From NCBI GenBank assembly GCA_051294375.1, contig CM119271.1, forward strand, positions 8,918,120 through 8,982,119: 64,000 nt of DNA. Direction: 5' to 3'. Shown piece by piece: positions 24,569 through 36,528 of the stretch. Numbering within the stretch: position 1 is the first letter of the stretch; each line of letters opens with the position of its first letter. Both the position numbers and the translations under genes were made by a program. This DNA is from Paraspadella gotoi. Lineage: Eukaryota > Animalia > Chaetognatha. Below the pieces are notes generated by a model that was not told the origin of the DNA, ran no database searches, and was given only the letters and a program-made list of their open reading frames with translations.

Positions 24569-25030
24569 ATGTTTCGCATATTCGGAAAGCGTTACCTACC
24601 ACCCCTCGGCTGGCGAGATGGCCTCGCTCCGCAGCGTCGTTTCTTCCACGCGCCTATGCCTCTCCTCCGTCGCGCCCTTCCCAAACTCTGGTCCACTCCG
24701 GCCGTTTGCCTCTCCAAAGACGGAACCTGTTTCCTCGCCTACCATCCAGAGCTGGAGACTCCTTACGAGCACACGTTACCTCTACCCGAAGAGCTGCCGG
24801 AACCCGTCTCGGCCGAGGACGAAGCTTCGCCTCTCAAGGTCCAACTCAACAAAGCCCACCGCGAGAAAATCGCCAACAAGACTCTCACCCTCGTCGAACT
24901 GGAGGAGATGTTCGGCGAGTGCCGCAACTTCTTTCGCGAGCAACCTGCGGAGCGGAGTCGGAAGGAACTGGCCGAGCATCGTCACAAACTCAAACGAAAA
25001 ACTTTGAACGAACTGCCGGACGATCTTTAA
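24569..25030 (+). CDS. MRPL42: Mitochondrial ribosomal protein mL42
   Basis: Arg-rich presequence followed by VCLSKDGTCFLAYHPELETPYEHTLPLP and a C-terminal LEEMF...F motif typical of mL42; intronless. Confidence 0.8.
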   Translation: MFRIFGKRYLPPLGWRDGLAPQRRFFHAPMPLLRRALPKLWSTPAVCLSKDGTCFLAYHPELETPYEHTLPLPEELPEPVSAEDEASPLKVQLNKAHREKIANKTLTLVELEEMFGECRNFFREQPAERSRKELAEHRHKLKRKTLNELPDDL

Positions 25031-25211
25031 AAGATATACTGTTGCTCTTGCGAAATTGATTTAGTGATTGTTTTTGTTTGTTTCTCTTACAAATTTTTTA
25101 TTTCTCTACATCACGATTTAAAAAAAAAAATCGCTTCATGAAATTCAAGTTACTAGTATGGGGATTAGACAGTTTTTCACGAAGACAGGGTTATTAACTT
25201 CGAACTCGTTT

Positions 25212-26526
25212 TTATCGCCTCGTTTTGTTGTTGGACTGATTGAGGCCGCATTTGATTACGAGTTTCGGTTTGGTACTTTTCTCACTATATCCACATTTGC
25301 TCTTCGTTGGTTCTTCGCTCGGCTTTGCTTGTTCCCCACAAGGATTTGCAGATGGTGGACATGCCTTTGGTGGTTCTCCGCATTGGTCCGACGGCTTTCC
25401 ACACGGTTTTTCAACCTTTTCACATTTTTTCTCCTGTTTCTGCGCACTTTCACATCTAGTCGCGGGTTCACCACAGGCCGTGGGAGCGTCCGCCATTTTT
25501 CCACAAGTCGTCGAATCATGTCCACATTTTTCACACGGCATTGGAGCACTGTCGCATGGGGTTATCGGACAATTACCAGCAGGTTGACACGTATTTACTT
25601 CCTCTCCACACGCCTGTTGGGTATTTTCACAGGAATCTGGAGCGCCTCCGCAGCTCACATCTGGTTCTCCACACGGCGTGCACACGTCTTGACAGGGTGA
25701 AGCTTGACATTCGTCGACTGGCTCGATCTCTGTTTGAGGTTCTTCAGGTGGCTTTGATTCTTTTCCACATTTCGCCCCTTCTGGACACGGAGTCGTAAGG
25801 GATTCTCTGTCTATTTCTACCTCCGGCTCCGAAGATTCTGGGCAAATTCTCTCTGGTTTTTCCTCTTTGCATGGAACTTTGCATGGCGGCGCCTTCCGCT
25901 TGGGCTTGCAACCATCGGTGGGCGGATTACACCTAGGCTTCCGTTCGGGACACTTAACTGGCGGCGGCTCCGGTTCCCACTTTTTGGGCGGACGCGGAGG
26001 ATCTTCGCGCCGCCGAGACCGGGGTTGACTTGGGGGTAGTGTTTCAGGGGGTCGGTAGTTTGGGGGGCGACGGGGAGGAGGCGGCAGTGGTGGCGCCGGA
26101 GCCGATTGTGGCGAAACGTCCTGACATCCGAGGTTCAGCTCAGCCGCATTTGGGACCCCCTCCGCATTTCTTAGGCGCATCCCCTCCGCATTTCTTGGGT
26201 TCATCTCCGCATTTCTTAGGTGCATCCCCTCCGCATTTTGGAGGTTCGTTTCCTCCGCATTTCTTTTCTGGTGGTGGTTTTGGTGGCGGGCACGTTTTTG
26301 CTGGTTTTCCACATCCACCTGCAGCATTCTTTATAAAATCAACAACGATTGAGATACTTAACTTAAAAAAGACTTCAAAGATACTGATTGTCACCTTCCA
26401 GCTGAGGATGTATCGGGTCTTTTCGTTCTTCTCGTCAACGTTCCAGCCCAGGCGCTGACTGACGTAGACCCCCGTGAAGACGCCAACGGCGATTGACGCC
26501 AGCTGGAGAATTGGTTGCACCACCAT
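25212..26526 (-). CDS. Cys/Pro/Lys/Glu-rich protein with an N-terminal membrane anchor; probable alternative 3' exons
   Basis: Exon 1 26526-26395 (MVVQPILQLASIAVGVFTGVYVSQRLGW...), 66-nt GT-AG intron, exon 26328-26140 of (K)KCGG repeats; a second compositionally similar Cys/Pro-rich frame 26120-25212 begins after a phase-0 CAG. Confidence 0.65.
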
Positions 26527-26992
26527 CGCGGGGCTTCGAATGGCAAAAACATAAAAACAAACATAAAAAAAGAAAAACAATATCGAAAACAACGATCCTA
26601 AGGGAATCGTTTCGGCTAAGCGCCGTTAATAACCGCGTGCGCTATCGCGTGTTTATTCCTGGGAGAAAGGGTATCGGGGTTGGGAAGAAAGTTTTTAGGC
26701 GTTTATAGGGTTGATTATTAATTTTTGCCCTCTCCAAAATCTCCGCTGGCATTGATTTTTCGATCGTAACGTCGCAAAGTTTTTGAATAGGTTTTATATT
26801 TCGCCCTCGAAGCTTTTTAGTCGGATCTGCTTATCAGCAGATCCCGACTCTATTAACTCACTTTTTATAACTCACTTTTTCGGTCCGTCGGTCCCGCCCC
26901 TCAATATTGTCGGGCACACACTTATATCATGTCAGAACATCGAATTATGATAAATTATGCAAAAAAAATGATGTCCTCCGTCTGTTCTGTCT

Positions 26993-27056
26993 GTCCGTCC
27001 GTCCGTCCGTCCGTCCGTCCGTCCGTCCGTCCGTCCGTCCGTCCGTCCGTCCGTCC
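26993..27056. repeat. (GTCC)n tetranucleotide microsatellite inside the HINE
   Basis: About 15 direct GTCC units. Confidence 0.95.
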
Positions 27057-27069
27057 CACCTTAGCAAAA

Positions 27070-27970
27070 ACACCAATTACTCGTGATTGGATGGATGGAT
27101 TTAAATGAAATTTTGTGTGTGGATAGGTAAGTGTGTGATTGAGCTGGATATTAAGTTTCGATGGAATCGTCCGAGTGGAAATGAGTTTAAATGGAAAAAA
27201 CAAAAAAAAATATATTCACTAGTTTGAACACCAATTGCTCATGAGTGGATGGGCTGATTGACCTGGAATTTTGTATGTGGGTAGGAAAGTGGTGTGTGAT
27301 TGAACAGGAAATCAAGTTTCGATGGGAATAGTTTGAGTGGAAATGAGTTTAAATGGGAAAAAAAACAAAAAACCTGTTTTACTAATTGATTATGCTTCTT
27401 TTTCCTTTTTATATTAAATGTATCTGCAGGATGTATTAATAAATCAAATAATTAATCAGTTAATTAATCAATTAGTAAATAAATTAATCAATAATTAATT
27501 AATTAGTCAATCAATCCGTCCATCCGTCCCATCTTAGCAAAAAGCTCCAATAACTCGTGATTGGCTGGTTGGATTGGAATTAAATTTTGTCTGTGGGTAG
27601 GAAAGTGTGGTGATAAAGCTGGATATAAAATTTCGATGGAATCGTGTGAGTGGAAATTAGTTTAAATGGAAAAAACATAAGTCGAATTTACTAAAATCTT
27701 TTTACTTATTTTAACCAATAAATACTCCAATTAATCATAATTGGATGGATAGATTGAGTTGAAATTTTGTGTGTGGGTAGGAAAACGTATGACGAAGCTT
27801 GATAATAAAGTTTCAGTGGAAACGTACCAGTGGAAATGAGTTTAAATGAAAAAAATATGAGTCACATTTACTTGAATCTTTTTATTTATTTTAACCATGA
27901 TATAATTGAGATGAAATTTTGTGAGCCGGTAGGAAAGTGAGTGAAGAAGCTAGATATAAAGTTTTGACGG
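27070..27970. repeat. About five diverged ~160-180-bp internal repeats of the HINE
   Basis: Recurrent CCAATT...GATTGGATGG...AAATTTTGTGTGTGGGTAGGAAA...AAGTTTCGATGGAAT...GAGTGGAAATGAGTTTAAATG at ~27072, 27231, 27547, 27727, and a partial copy ~27910. Confidence 0.85.
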
Positions 27971-28523
27971 AATGCAAGTTGAAAAAAATTATGCAAGTTG
28001 AAAAAATGATGCAAGTTAAAAAAATCTTAAAAGCATAAGGATCGTCGCTATTGCATAAAAAGAAGAGAGAGAGAGAGAGAGAGAGAAAAGAGAGAGTGAG
28101 AGAGAGAGAGAGAGTGAGAGAGAGAGAGAGAGAGAGAGACATAAAATAAAAAAATCTTAAAAGACTCAAGATCGAGCCAGAGCCCACTATCATAGAAAAT
28201 TAATGAAAAAAACGGGAAAAAAACGAATGAATCATGCGATAACGAATTGTTGATGTACTAGTAATTGATTGAGGTAATACTAATTGATTGATGTAATAGT
28301 AATTATTGATGTAATAGGAATTGATTATTGATTCGATGATAATCAATTATTGATGCGATGATAGTCATTCACTGCTGTGATGATAGTCATTCAGTGATGC
28401 GATGATTGTCATTCATTGATTCGATGATTGTCATTCATTGATGCGATGATAGTCAATAAACAAACAAATGCGTGTATGAGTGAAAGAGAAGAGAGAGAGA
28501 GAGAGAAAAGAAAGAGAGGAGAG

Positions 28524-28560
<37 letters not shown>

Positions 28561-28995
28561 AAGAGAATAAATCCACGAAAATCTCGGATGAAAATATGGG
28601 ATTTTGTATTGAAAAAAAGCGCGGAATAAATGGCAATAATAAAAAGTTTTTAGAAGGAAAAAATAATCAGAATTTTTCAAAAACAAACGATCACGCAAAA
28701 GATCGGACAGATAGGGACAGACACACACAGAGAGACAGAGAGACAGAGAGAGAAGAGAGAAAAGAGAGAGAGAGAGAGACAGCCGCTGCAGAGAAAAAAA
28801 GAAAGAGCGATATATAATAATTAAAAGAGAGAGAGAGAAGCTCTACAGCCCCTTTACTCGTTAAAGAATCAGCAGTACTTATGGCGCCCGCACGTAGCGT
28901 GAGCTATTCTCTACCCAAAGGACCCGGGTTCGCGCCCTGTTCGCGGCATCGTTTTTTACATTAGTGAACCCACATTATATCTAAAAAATTTTTTG

Positions 28996-29037
<42 letters not shown>

Positions 29038-29975
29038 AGCTGGACAGACGCTGCAGAGCCGGAACTCGTTTTTAGAAGAAGCAGTGATGGAGAAAAAGAG
29101 AGAGAGAGAGAGCGACATATAATTAAAACGTTTTTTGTTTTGTGAATAAAACATAAACAAATACCAATATTGATTGAAACATGAGAATTTTAAAGATCTT
29201 GATGATTAGAAGCCATATATGAAAATTCAACTCCCTATGATATCACACTTTCAGAAGCCATGATTGCAAAAAAGCGAGACCGAAAGCTGAACCGAAAAAA
29301 AATCTAGACAGGACGGGCTTTGCCGCCTGGCTCGATAATAGAGGATATTGGTTTGTTTTGATAAAATGTAAACAAAACATTTAATAACTGTCCTGACTCA
29401 ATTTTAAGGACATCGATGATGACAAGCTGAATATAAATTATAATTAATCTATTAATTAATTAATTAATTAATCAATCTATTAATTAATTAATTAATCTAT
29501 TAATTAAATTAATTAATCAATTAATTAATTAATTATCTTAGGCAGATCCGACATTGTTTGCTCAAACTTGTTTTTTTCTCTGTTTATTTACGTTTTCGTC
29601 GTATTCATCGCCATTCGAACGGACGCTACCGCGTCCATTCATTGGCGCGACCGTCGTTCCTCGTCAATCTTCCGGAAAGAATGAGAATAAACGTCTAATA
29701 AATAAACAAGTAAAAGTCGCCTCGGGAGCGAATTCCGTTGTTTCTCGCTGACTCGACACTTTTCCTTTTCTCCCCCAATTTTTTTTTTTTCTCGCGTCCG
29801 TCGATGGTTGTTTAGTTTGCGGATTATTTATTTCCATTCCCCCCTTCACTTCCGTGTGATGTATTAATTGCGCTTATATAGTCAGGACCCGCGTCGTTTG
29901 ACGGAACATTTTTTTTTTCCGACGGGAAATACGTGATTTAGATAGCCGTTAACGCTGAAAAACTAGATACATAAG

Positions 29976-31452
29976 ATGGCGCTTTTAGCTCGAAAGGCTC
30001 CGTGGATTGGTGCGCGCATGGGAGCCTCGACGCGGGTGATAACGACGGCTCCGCGAAGACGATTTGTTGCAGCAGCGTTTGCGGCGAGATCGACGTTGAG
30101 GGGGCGCTTCGTGGCATCGGCAGCCGGGATCGTCGTTGCGTCGGCGGCGGTCGGTTACGGACTCGCGCCTGAAGTTTTGGCCAAATCGGAAGACGCTTCC
30201 GAGGAGAACAAGGAAGATCCGCTCGTCATGGAGGTGAATAACTGCATTTCAATCATTAATGATTAATGTTTAGTAGTTAGGAATTTAAATTTAACGGATA
30301 TCAAATCATGAAATTTGCAAAATCTTAATTTTTTTTAGATCTAAAAATAACTTATTGTTATCCACCTTTCTCAATTCTTCGAACCAGGTGAAAAAGGCTA
30401 AACTTAACGAGGTTCGCGAAAAGTACTCGGCAGCAGAGGAGCACTACCACGCCGCCCTTCGCATCAACGACGACCAACTCAAAGACGGCGTCGTCGATAC
30501 TCCCAAGTTCATGGCCCATCGAGCTTGGATCCTCGATGCTATGGCCAACATGGCCGTCGCCGAAAAGAAGCCTTACAAGGTAAGTTGCACTGTTGTTGCT
30601 GTTGTCCGCTTTTGTTGTGGTTTTGATGTGACTTTTGACCCTGTCAATGTTAATTATGCGTTCTTTACAATTTACAGTTTACATAGCACCTCCTTTACAT
30701 AGTCCCTCCAAATGTATTCATGTTTTTTCGGTCCACAGGCGGAGCGACTCTTCAAAGAAGTCATTAACCTATTGCTCCAACTCGGCTCTCCGCCCGAGGC
30801 CCCCGCCGTGCTGGAGATCTCTATAAAATTGGCCAACATTTACACACTCATGGAAGACGATGAAGAGAAGCAGAAGGCTGCAGAGTCGGGCTACGTCTTC
30901 GTCGTCGACAATCAGACTACGACGGTGGAACAGATCGTCAAACGGCGGGCAGAGGGTAAAGCCGGCCTCACCGACGCCGACGTCAAAGAAGCTCAGGCTC
31001 TTCTCGGCTGGGGCCTCGAATGTTACGCCAAGTACTTGCTCCACCGGAAGCGGCTGGACGAAGCGGTGGAACAGTACAACCTCTGCTTCTCCATCGCCGG
31101 CGAAGTCTACGGCCGCGACTCGGAGACTTACGCCAACATGCTCAACGACGCTGCCACCGCCCTCGCTGAGCGCAACCTTTTCGAGGCGGCGACGGGCATG
31201 CTCGAGGAGGCCTTGACCATCGGCGCCGGCAAGGATTGGGAGTCCGAGGGCGGCGTCCTCGTCAACCTGGGCATCGTTCACCTCCAGCGGAAGATGTTCG
31301 ACAAGGCGAAAGAGTTTTGCACGCGCGGCAGGGAACTCGGGAGAAAGTTCAATTCCTTGGAGACGTTGGAAGAGGCCGCCTACTGTTTGGGAGAGTGGAA
31401 GAAGAGGGCGGAGGAAGGGGTCAGGGTGGAGGGGAAAGCGGCGACGGAGTAA
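29976..31452 (+). CDS. TTC19: Mitochondrial tetratricopeptide repeat protein 19-like, 3 exons
   Basis: Arg/Ala-rich presequence; VKKAKL...AEEHYHAAL, DAMANMA, AERLFKEVINLLL...AVLEISIKLANIY...AESGY, LLGWGLECYAKYL and VLVNLG TPR motifs; exons ~29976-30233, 30388-30579, 30740-31452. Confidence 0.85.
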
Positions 31453-31914
31453 TAAAATAGTGAAGGGGATATATCAAGAGATATTATTTATTCGATTCGT
31501 TGTTTTCATTAATTTTTTTTTACAGCCAAATAAAACAAGCCGCTTAAAAGCCATCGTTTTTTTGTTCGTGTTGACGATCGTCAGCGTCGGACTTTTTTTT
31601 TTTTTAAAAATGACCCGTGACGGTTCGTCGCTCGATCGAACGGAGATTATTTGAGGAAGAAGACTCCTATAAAAAAATCCTCTTCATGGATCCGCTCCCG
31701 ACGGACGAAAAAAAAACAAACTTGCAATGCAATATTCTAGTCATCATGTCTGATCTGCTGAAAGGAGTAAATTAAAAGCGTCTTCCAACTTTTTTTTTTT
31801 TAAATTCTCGTCGGGGGGCGGGGACTTTCCCCCTTTTTGGGCGCGCTTTCATCGGCGCCATTTTTATCGGCGCCCTAAAAACATATAGCTGCAACGACAA
31901 CAACGAGGGAGAGA

Positions 31915-34102
31915 ATGAGTTCGGAAAACCACTGCGATCCCGACGAATGGGAAGAGTACGAGTTGGCCAAAGCCGAGGGGCGCGTCGTTGTCCCTTCCGC
32001 CCGTAGGACTATGATTCCGGAAAAGCCTAACGTCTCACTCAATCTCTGGAACCTCATCAAGAATAGCATAGGTGCGTTAATTTAGTGGATTGTATCAGAG
32101 TTATGAAATTATATGCTGAAGAAGTTTATGCTTATTACGCAGTACTGCACAATTTTTTTTTTTTTTTTTTTTCTGCTCAATTACTGAACACTGAACTGAA
32201 TTACTGAATTACAATTACTGAACACTGTACCATAAATCATTATCATCATCATCATCATCCTAATAATCCTCCAGGCAAAGAATTATCCCGTATCCCGATG
32301 CCGGTCAACTTCAACGAACCTCTCTCCATGCTGCAACGGCTCACCGAGGATCTTGAGTACTCATCGATTCTAGACTTGGCCGCTTCGATGACGGACAGCC
32401 GGGAGCAGTTGGCCGCCGTCGCTGCCTTCACTGGTAATTTTTAACTCATATAACTTAATTACTAATTAACTAATAATCGCCTTTCCCTAATTCCGTCTTT
32501 TATTACCGAAAAGTTTGTCTCAACCCTTCTTTAAAAATCTCAGTGTCGTCATACGCGTCCACAGTCGTTCGAACGACTAAGCCGTTCAATCCTTTGTTGG
32601 GAGAAACCTTTGAAGCCGATCGGATGCACGATCGAGGCTGGAGGTGCATCGCGGAACAGGCGAGTTTGAGAAAAAAACGCGCGGGTGTCTGTCCTTGGCT
32701 TTCCCGGTTTCTGATCGTCAATTTTAGTTTTACATTCCTTATATTTATCAGGTCAGTCATCATCCACCTGCCGTCGCTCAGCATTGTGAATCCGCAGAAT
32801 GGGTGAGTCGCCTTGGATTTTTGCGATAATCTGTTGTTTTTCTCTATGCTATAACTCTTTGTGTCTCTTGCGCAGGTCTTGTGGCAGGAATTCACGATGA
32901 GCTGCAAGTTCCGCGGAAAATACATCTCTGTCGTTCCTCAGGTAAGTTAATCTCGTTGAACAAAAAAGTGACAATCTATTAATCTAGTAATAAATTATTT
33001 ATTCATTTCCCTTTCCAAAAACCCAGGGCATCGCTCACCTCCGCTTCAAGCGAACCGGCAACCACTATACGTGGCGCAAAGTAACGACGACGGTGCACAA
33101 CGTCGTCATCGGGCGCCTCTGGCTGGACCAGTCGGGCGAGATGGACATCTTCAATCACACGACGCGGGACAATTGTCATCTCAAATACGCTCAATACTCT
33201 TACTTTAGTCGCGACACGCCCCACAAGGTGACGGGGGCGGTGACGGACGAGGACGGGCGACGCCACTTCCTCGTCCAAGGCACCTGGGACGATCACATCG
33301 AGACGGCGAGGGTGTTGGACGACGCGGAGGGAGACCCGACCATCGACGAGTGGAGGAGGTTGTGGCGAAAGGAAAACGAGGCGGAGGGAAACGACGCCGA
33401 TGGTGAGACTTGGCGTTGGGGGACAGAACGGGAGTTTTTTTTTTTCGCGTATTTAATATTTGTTGGCGTTAGTTTTTATTTCGCACCCTGCTTTTTTATT
33501 TTTCGCAGACAAATGGAACTCGAAAATGTTCCATTTCAGCCGATTCGCAATCGAAATGAACGATGAGGAAGTGGGCGTGGCGCCGACGGACTCGCGCTTG
33601 CGTCCCGATCAACGCCTAATGGAAAACGGCTTTTGGGACGAAGCCAACGAAGAGAAGATACGGTTGGAGGTGAGCGATACGTGTTATTCTTCTTTGCTAC
33701 CTAAATTAATTATGACGCTGCAGTGATCATTTGTTTTTCATCGCTTAAACACGATTTTTCATTTTTTGTCGATTTATTTATTTATTTATTTATTTATAGT
33801 CACTAAAAATCGCTTCCTTTTTTACCCAATTTGTTTTCTCATTTCTAATCTTTTCTTTTCCCCCTTCACCTTAGGAAAAGCAACGCGCGGCTCGAAAAAA
33901 GCGGATCGAGACGACAGAGGCGACGCCGGAAGCTGCCGCCGGGAGCAACTGCGCTTCGGGATCCGGAGACCACGGATGGACTCCCGTCTGGTTTCGCAAA
34001 GAGGAGGATCCGCTCACCGGAATCCCGGTCCACGTCTATAAGGGCGAATATTGGAGAAGCAAGGCCAGGCAGGACTGGGATCGATGCCCGGATATTTTCT
34101 AG
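31915..34102 (+). CDS. OSBP: Oxysterol-binding protein (OSBP1/2-type ORD) lacking a PH domain
   Basis: [52 protein letters not shown]|VSHHPP fingerprint, [16 protein letters not shown] and C-terminal WDRCPDIF*. Confidence 0.92.
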
Positions 34103-34632
34103 CCCGTAGACTTTATCTATTATCTAGACGTTAATATTATTAATATTATTGGGCCTAGGGTTTAGCGTCGCTGTTGCATGTTCGATTCAATATTGATTAT
34201 TGAATTAGCGTCTTGCTATACGCAAAAATACTAAACAATAAATGCGACATCACAGTCCCATTTAAGCAAAAAAATTCATGTACTAATTCTTATATTTTTA
34301 TAAAAACAAAATTTAATTAGTATTTAAGAAAATATTATCTATTGAGAGACGTCGTATATTAGGAATCAAATTAAGATAATCAAATAAAGATATCATTGCT
34401 CTACAGTATTCAGTTTTATAATTAAAATGGTTGGGGACATCTCCTGTTTTCATTCAAGAATCAAGATCCTTAAAAGGAAATCCTTTGCCCAATATTATTG
34501 ACTACGCAACATCTGCGACCATGTTGTTCGGAACTAAGTTTTCTATTTCTGTTAAGTTTTTAACGTTTCCGCCAAACCTTTTTTTGAGTTTGTTTTGTCT
34601 AAAAAACTGTTTTACTTTTTACCCTTTTTTTT

Positions 34633-34830
34633 CCTTTCCTCCCTTTCTCTTTCCCTTTTTCCTTTCCTCCCTTTCTCTTTCCCTTTTTCCTTTCCTCCCT
34701 TTCTCTTTCCCTTTTTCCTTTCCTCCCTTTCTCTTTCCCTTTTTCCTTTCCTCCCTTTCTCTTTCCCTTTTTCCTTTCCTCCCTTTCTCTTTCCCTTTTT
34801 CCTTTCCTCCCTTTCTCTTTCCCTTTTTCC
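34633..34830. repeat. 28-bp pure-pyrimidine minisatellite, ~7 copies
   Basis: Unit CCTTTCCTCCCTTTCTCTTTCCCTTTTT repeated with period 28; a (CT)n tract follows at ~34944-34996. Confidence 0.93.
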
Positions 34831-34944
34831 CTCCTTCCAACTCCATATTTCCATGCTTCTCTTTTCGTACAACCACAAGCGTCGCCAGGGTTTCTAGAGA
34901 ATGATGCTTTTCTTCCCCATGCTTTGCGCTTGAGATTAAACACC

Positions 34945-35000
<56 letters not shown>

Positions 35001-36528
35001 CTATTTATATATATTTTAGTGTGACGAAAATTTTTTTTTTCCTTCTCAATAAGTGACCATAACATCCCTAATAGCTACAGTGCCATAACTTATAACTTTA
35101 GTTCAATCGTGACCATGAATTTGTCAACGACTCACCAGTAACTATTATTACCAAGTTTGTACTATGCCACCTTTCTTTTTATTATCATCTTCGTGTGAAA
35201 GTTCATTTTTGTTTATGATTACAAATTCTTTAGTGGGAATTTTTAACCATTCTCGCCTCTTACAATGCCTTACTCCTTACGCACTTTCCCACCCAGTTAC
35301 CGCCGTGGTATTTTGACGTAAGACTTAATGTCACCAGGTTAACAAAAAAATAGTTATTGGTTAATCCTTTATTATTTTTTATTACCGAGTATATTCGTTC
35401 TTTGTTTCGGGTTATTAGTTCCTTAAAACACATACAAGTTATTTTTATAAGTAGTAATTAATTATTCTCCGGGGAGAACCTGACGTTTTGACGGTGAGTT
35501 GCCGTCAGTCCCAGCTTTTCGCGTTTCATATTTGGCTTCGTTATTTCCGGTTTCCTGTTATCGCCTGCTTACCAATTTAGGATAATTGTTATTCTACTTC
35601 CTGTCAGCGCTTTGATTTATCGGTCTGAAACTTTTTCAGTTGTTGTTGAATAGTTATAAAGTTATGCAGGTAATTAAATTTGTCAAGTTTTGAAATAATG
35701 CTCCTAAAATGAAAAAAAATATTTATATAACAACGTTAACTATCGACCCACTTTTGTTATTTTGTTGTATCTATGAGAAAAAGCTTAATTCTCAATCAAA
35801 TGTTACTACGGATCAAAAAAAAGGGATTATAAATTCTTCAACAAACCTCTTGTTCTTTGGAAGAGCATGCATTGTTATCCTTGGTTAAGTTTTGTCGTTT
35901 GGTTATTGCAAAAGATTTACGATTCAAGAATTTATGAATACACCTAACGTGGTTGCTACATCTCCAATTAGGCCTTGAATCACCTTTTGAATTTATGCAT
36001 GAAATGTAAAAAAAATTTTGGACTCTAAACCGAACGAGACAATTGAGAAATATTACTATATGTATTTTGAAAGTTGGTCATATTTTATTTATTTCTTCAT
36101 CACGCCAATGCATTAGCCATAGTAATAATCTCCCTTAATTTTAATTCGACGATTATTAAATAAATTTTAACCAAGCAAATTATTCTCCACAATCGCCTAT
36201 AAAAACAATTTTATCAAGTTTTATGAATTTCATCGAAGAAAAAGTTTCTTATAATTTATAACCGCCTCTAAGGCCGAAAAAGCATGTTTAATTTTTTACT
36301 GGCTTTCTCTCATCCAGGCTGATTTTAGGATGCATTGAGTTTTATTCCTCGGACAGGTTCTCTTCCCCCACCTCGTTATTGTCATTTGATCTTGTGTTCC
36401 AGTTCCAGCGGTTTTCAAAATGGTCGCCCTAAACTTGATAGTGCTAGAGGCTAAAAATACATAAAGGATAAAAAAAACGTCTAATTAAAGCTTCGAAAAC
36501 GGCGATTTCCAACGCGTCCAGGGAAATT

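Larger units (their letters stand above)
26814..29577 (+). mobile_element. Helentron-associated non-autonomous element (HINE / DINE-1-like), ~2.75 kb
   Basis: T-run then 5' subTIR GTCGGATCTGC (26820-30) with nearby partial inverted copy (26837-48); perfect inverted 3' subTIR GCAGATCCGAC (29542-52), followed by GTTTG-CT-CAAAC hairpin and CTTGTTTT; (GTCC)n microsatellite near the 5' end; internal tandem repeats. Confidence 0.8.

Noticed and set aside
26120-26160. Programmed frameshift or stop readthrough joining the two Cys-rich frames
   Set aside because: No clear slippery heptamer; readthrough of the TGA meets another stop soon after; an alternative phase-0 acceptor is simpler.
27070-27970. 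CRISPR-like repeat array
   Set aside because: Long diverged units with no unique constant-length spacers, no cas genes, and a eukaryotic context.
27891-28817. ORFs rich in ER or SL dipeptides
   Set aside because: Translations of (GA)n/(CT)n microsatellites inside the HINE.
34431-35065. KGKRE- and FPFS-repeat ORFs
   Set aside because: Products of the 28-bp minisatellite, which has no stop codons.
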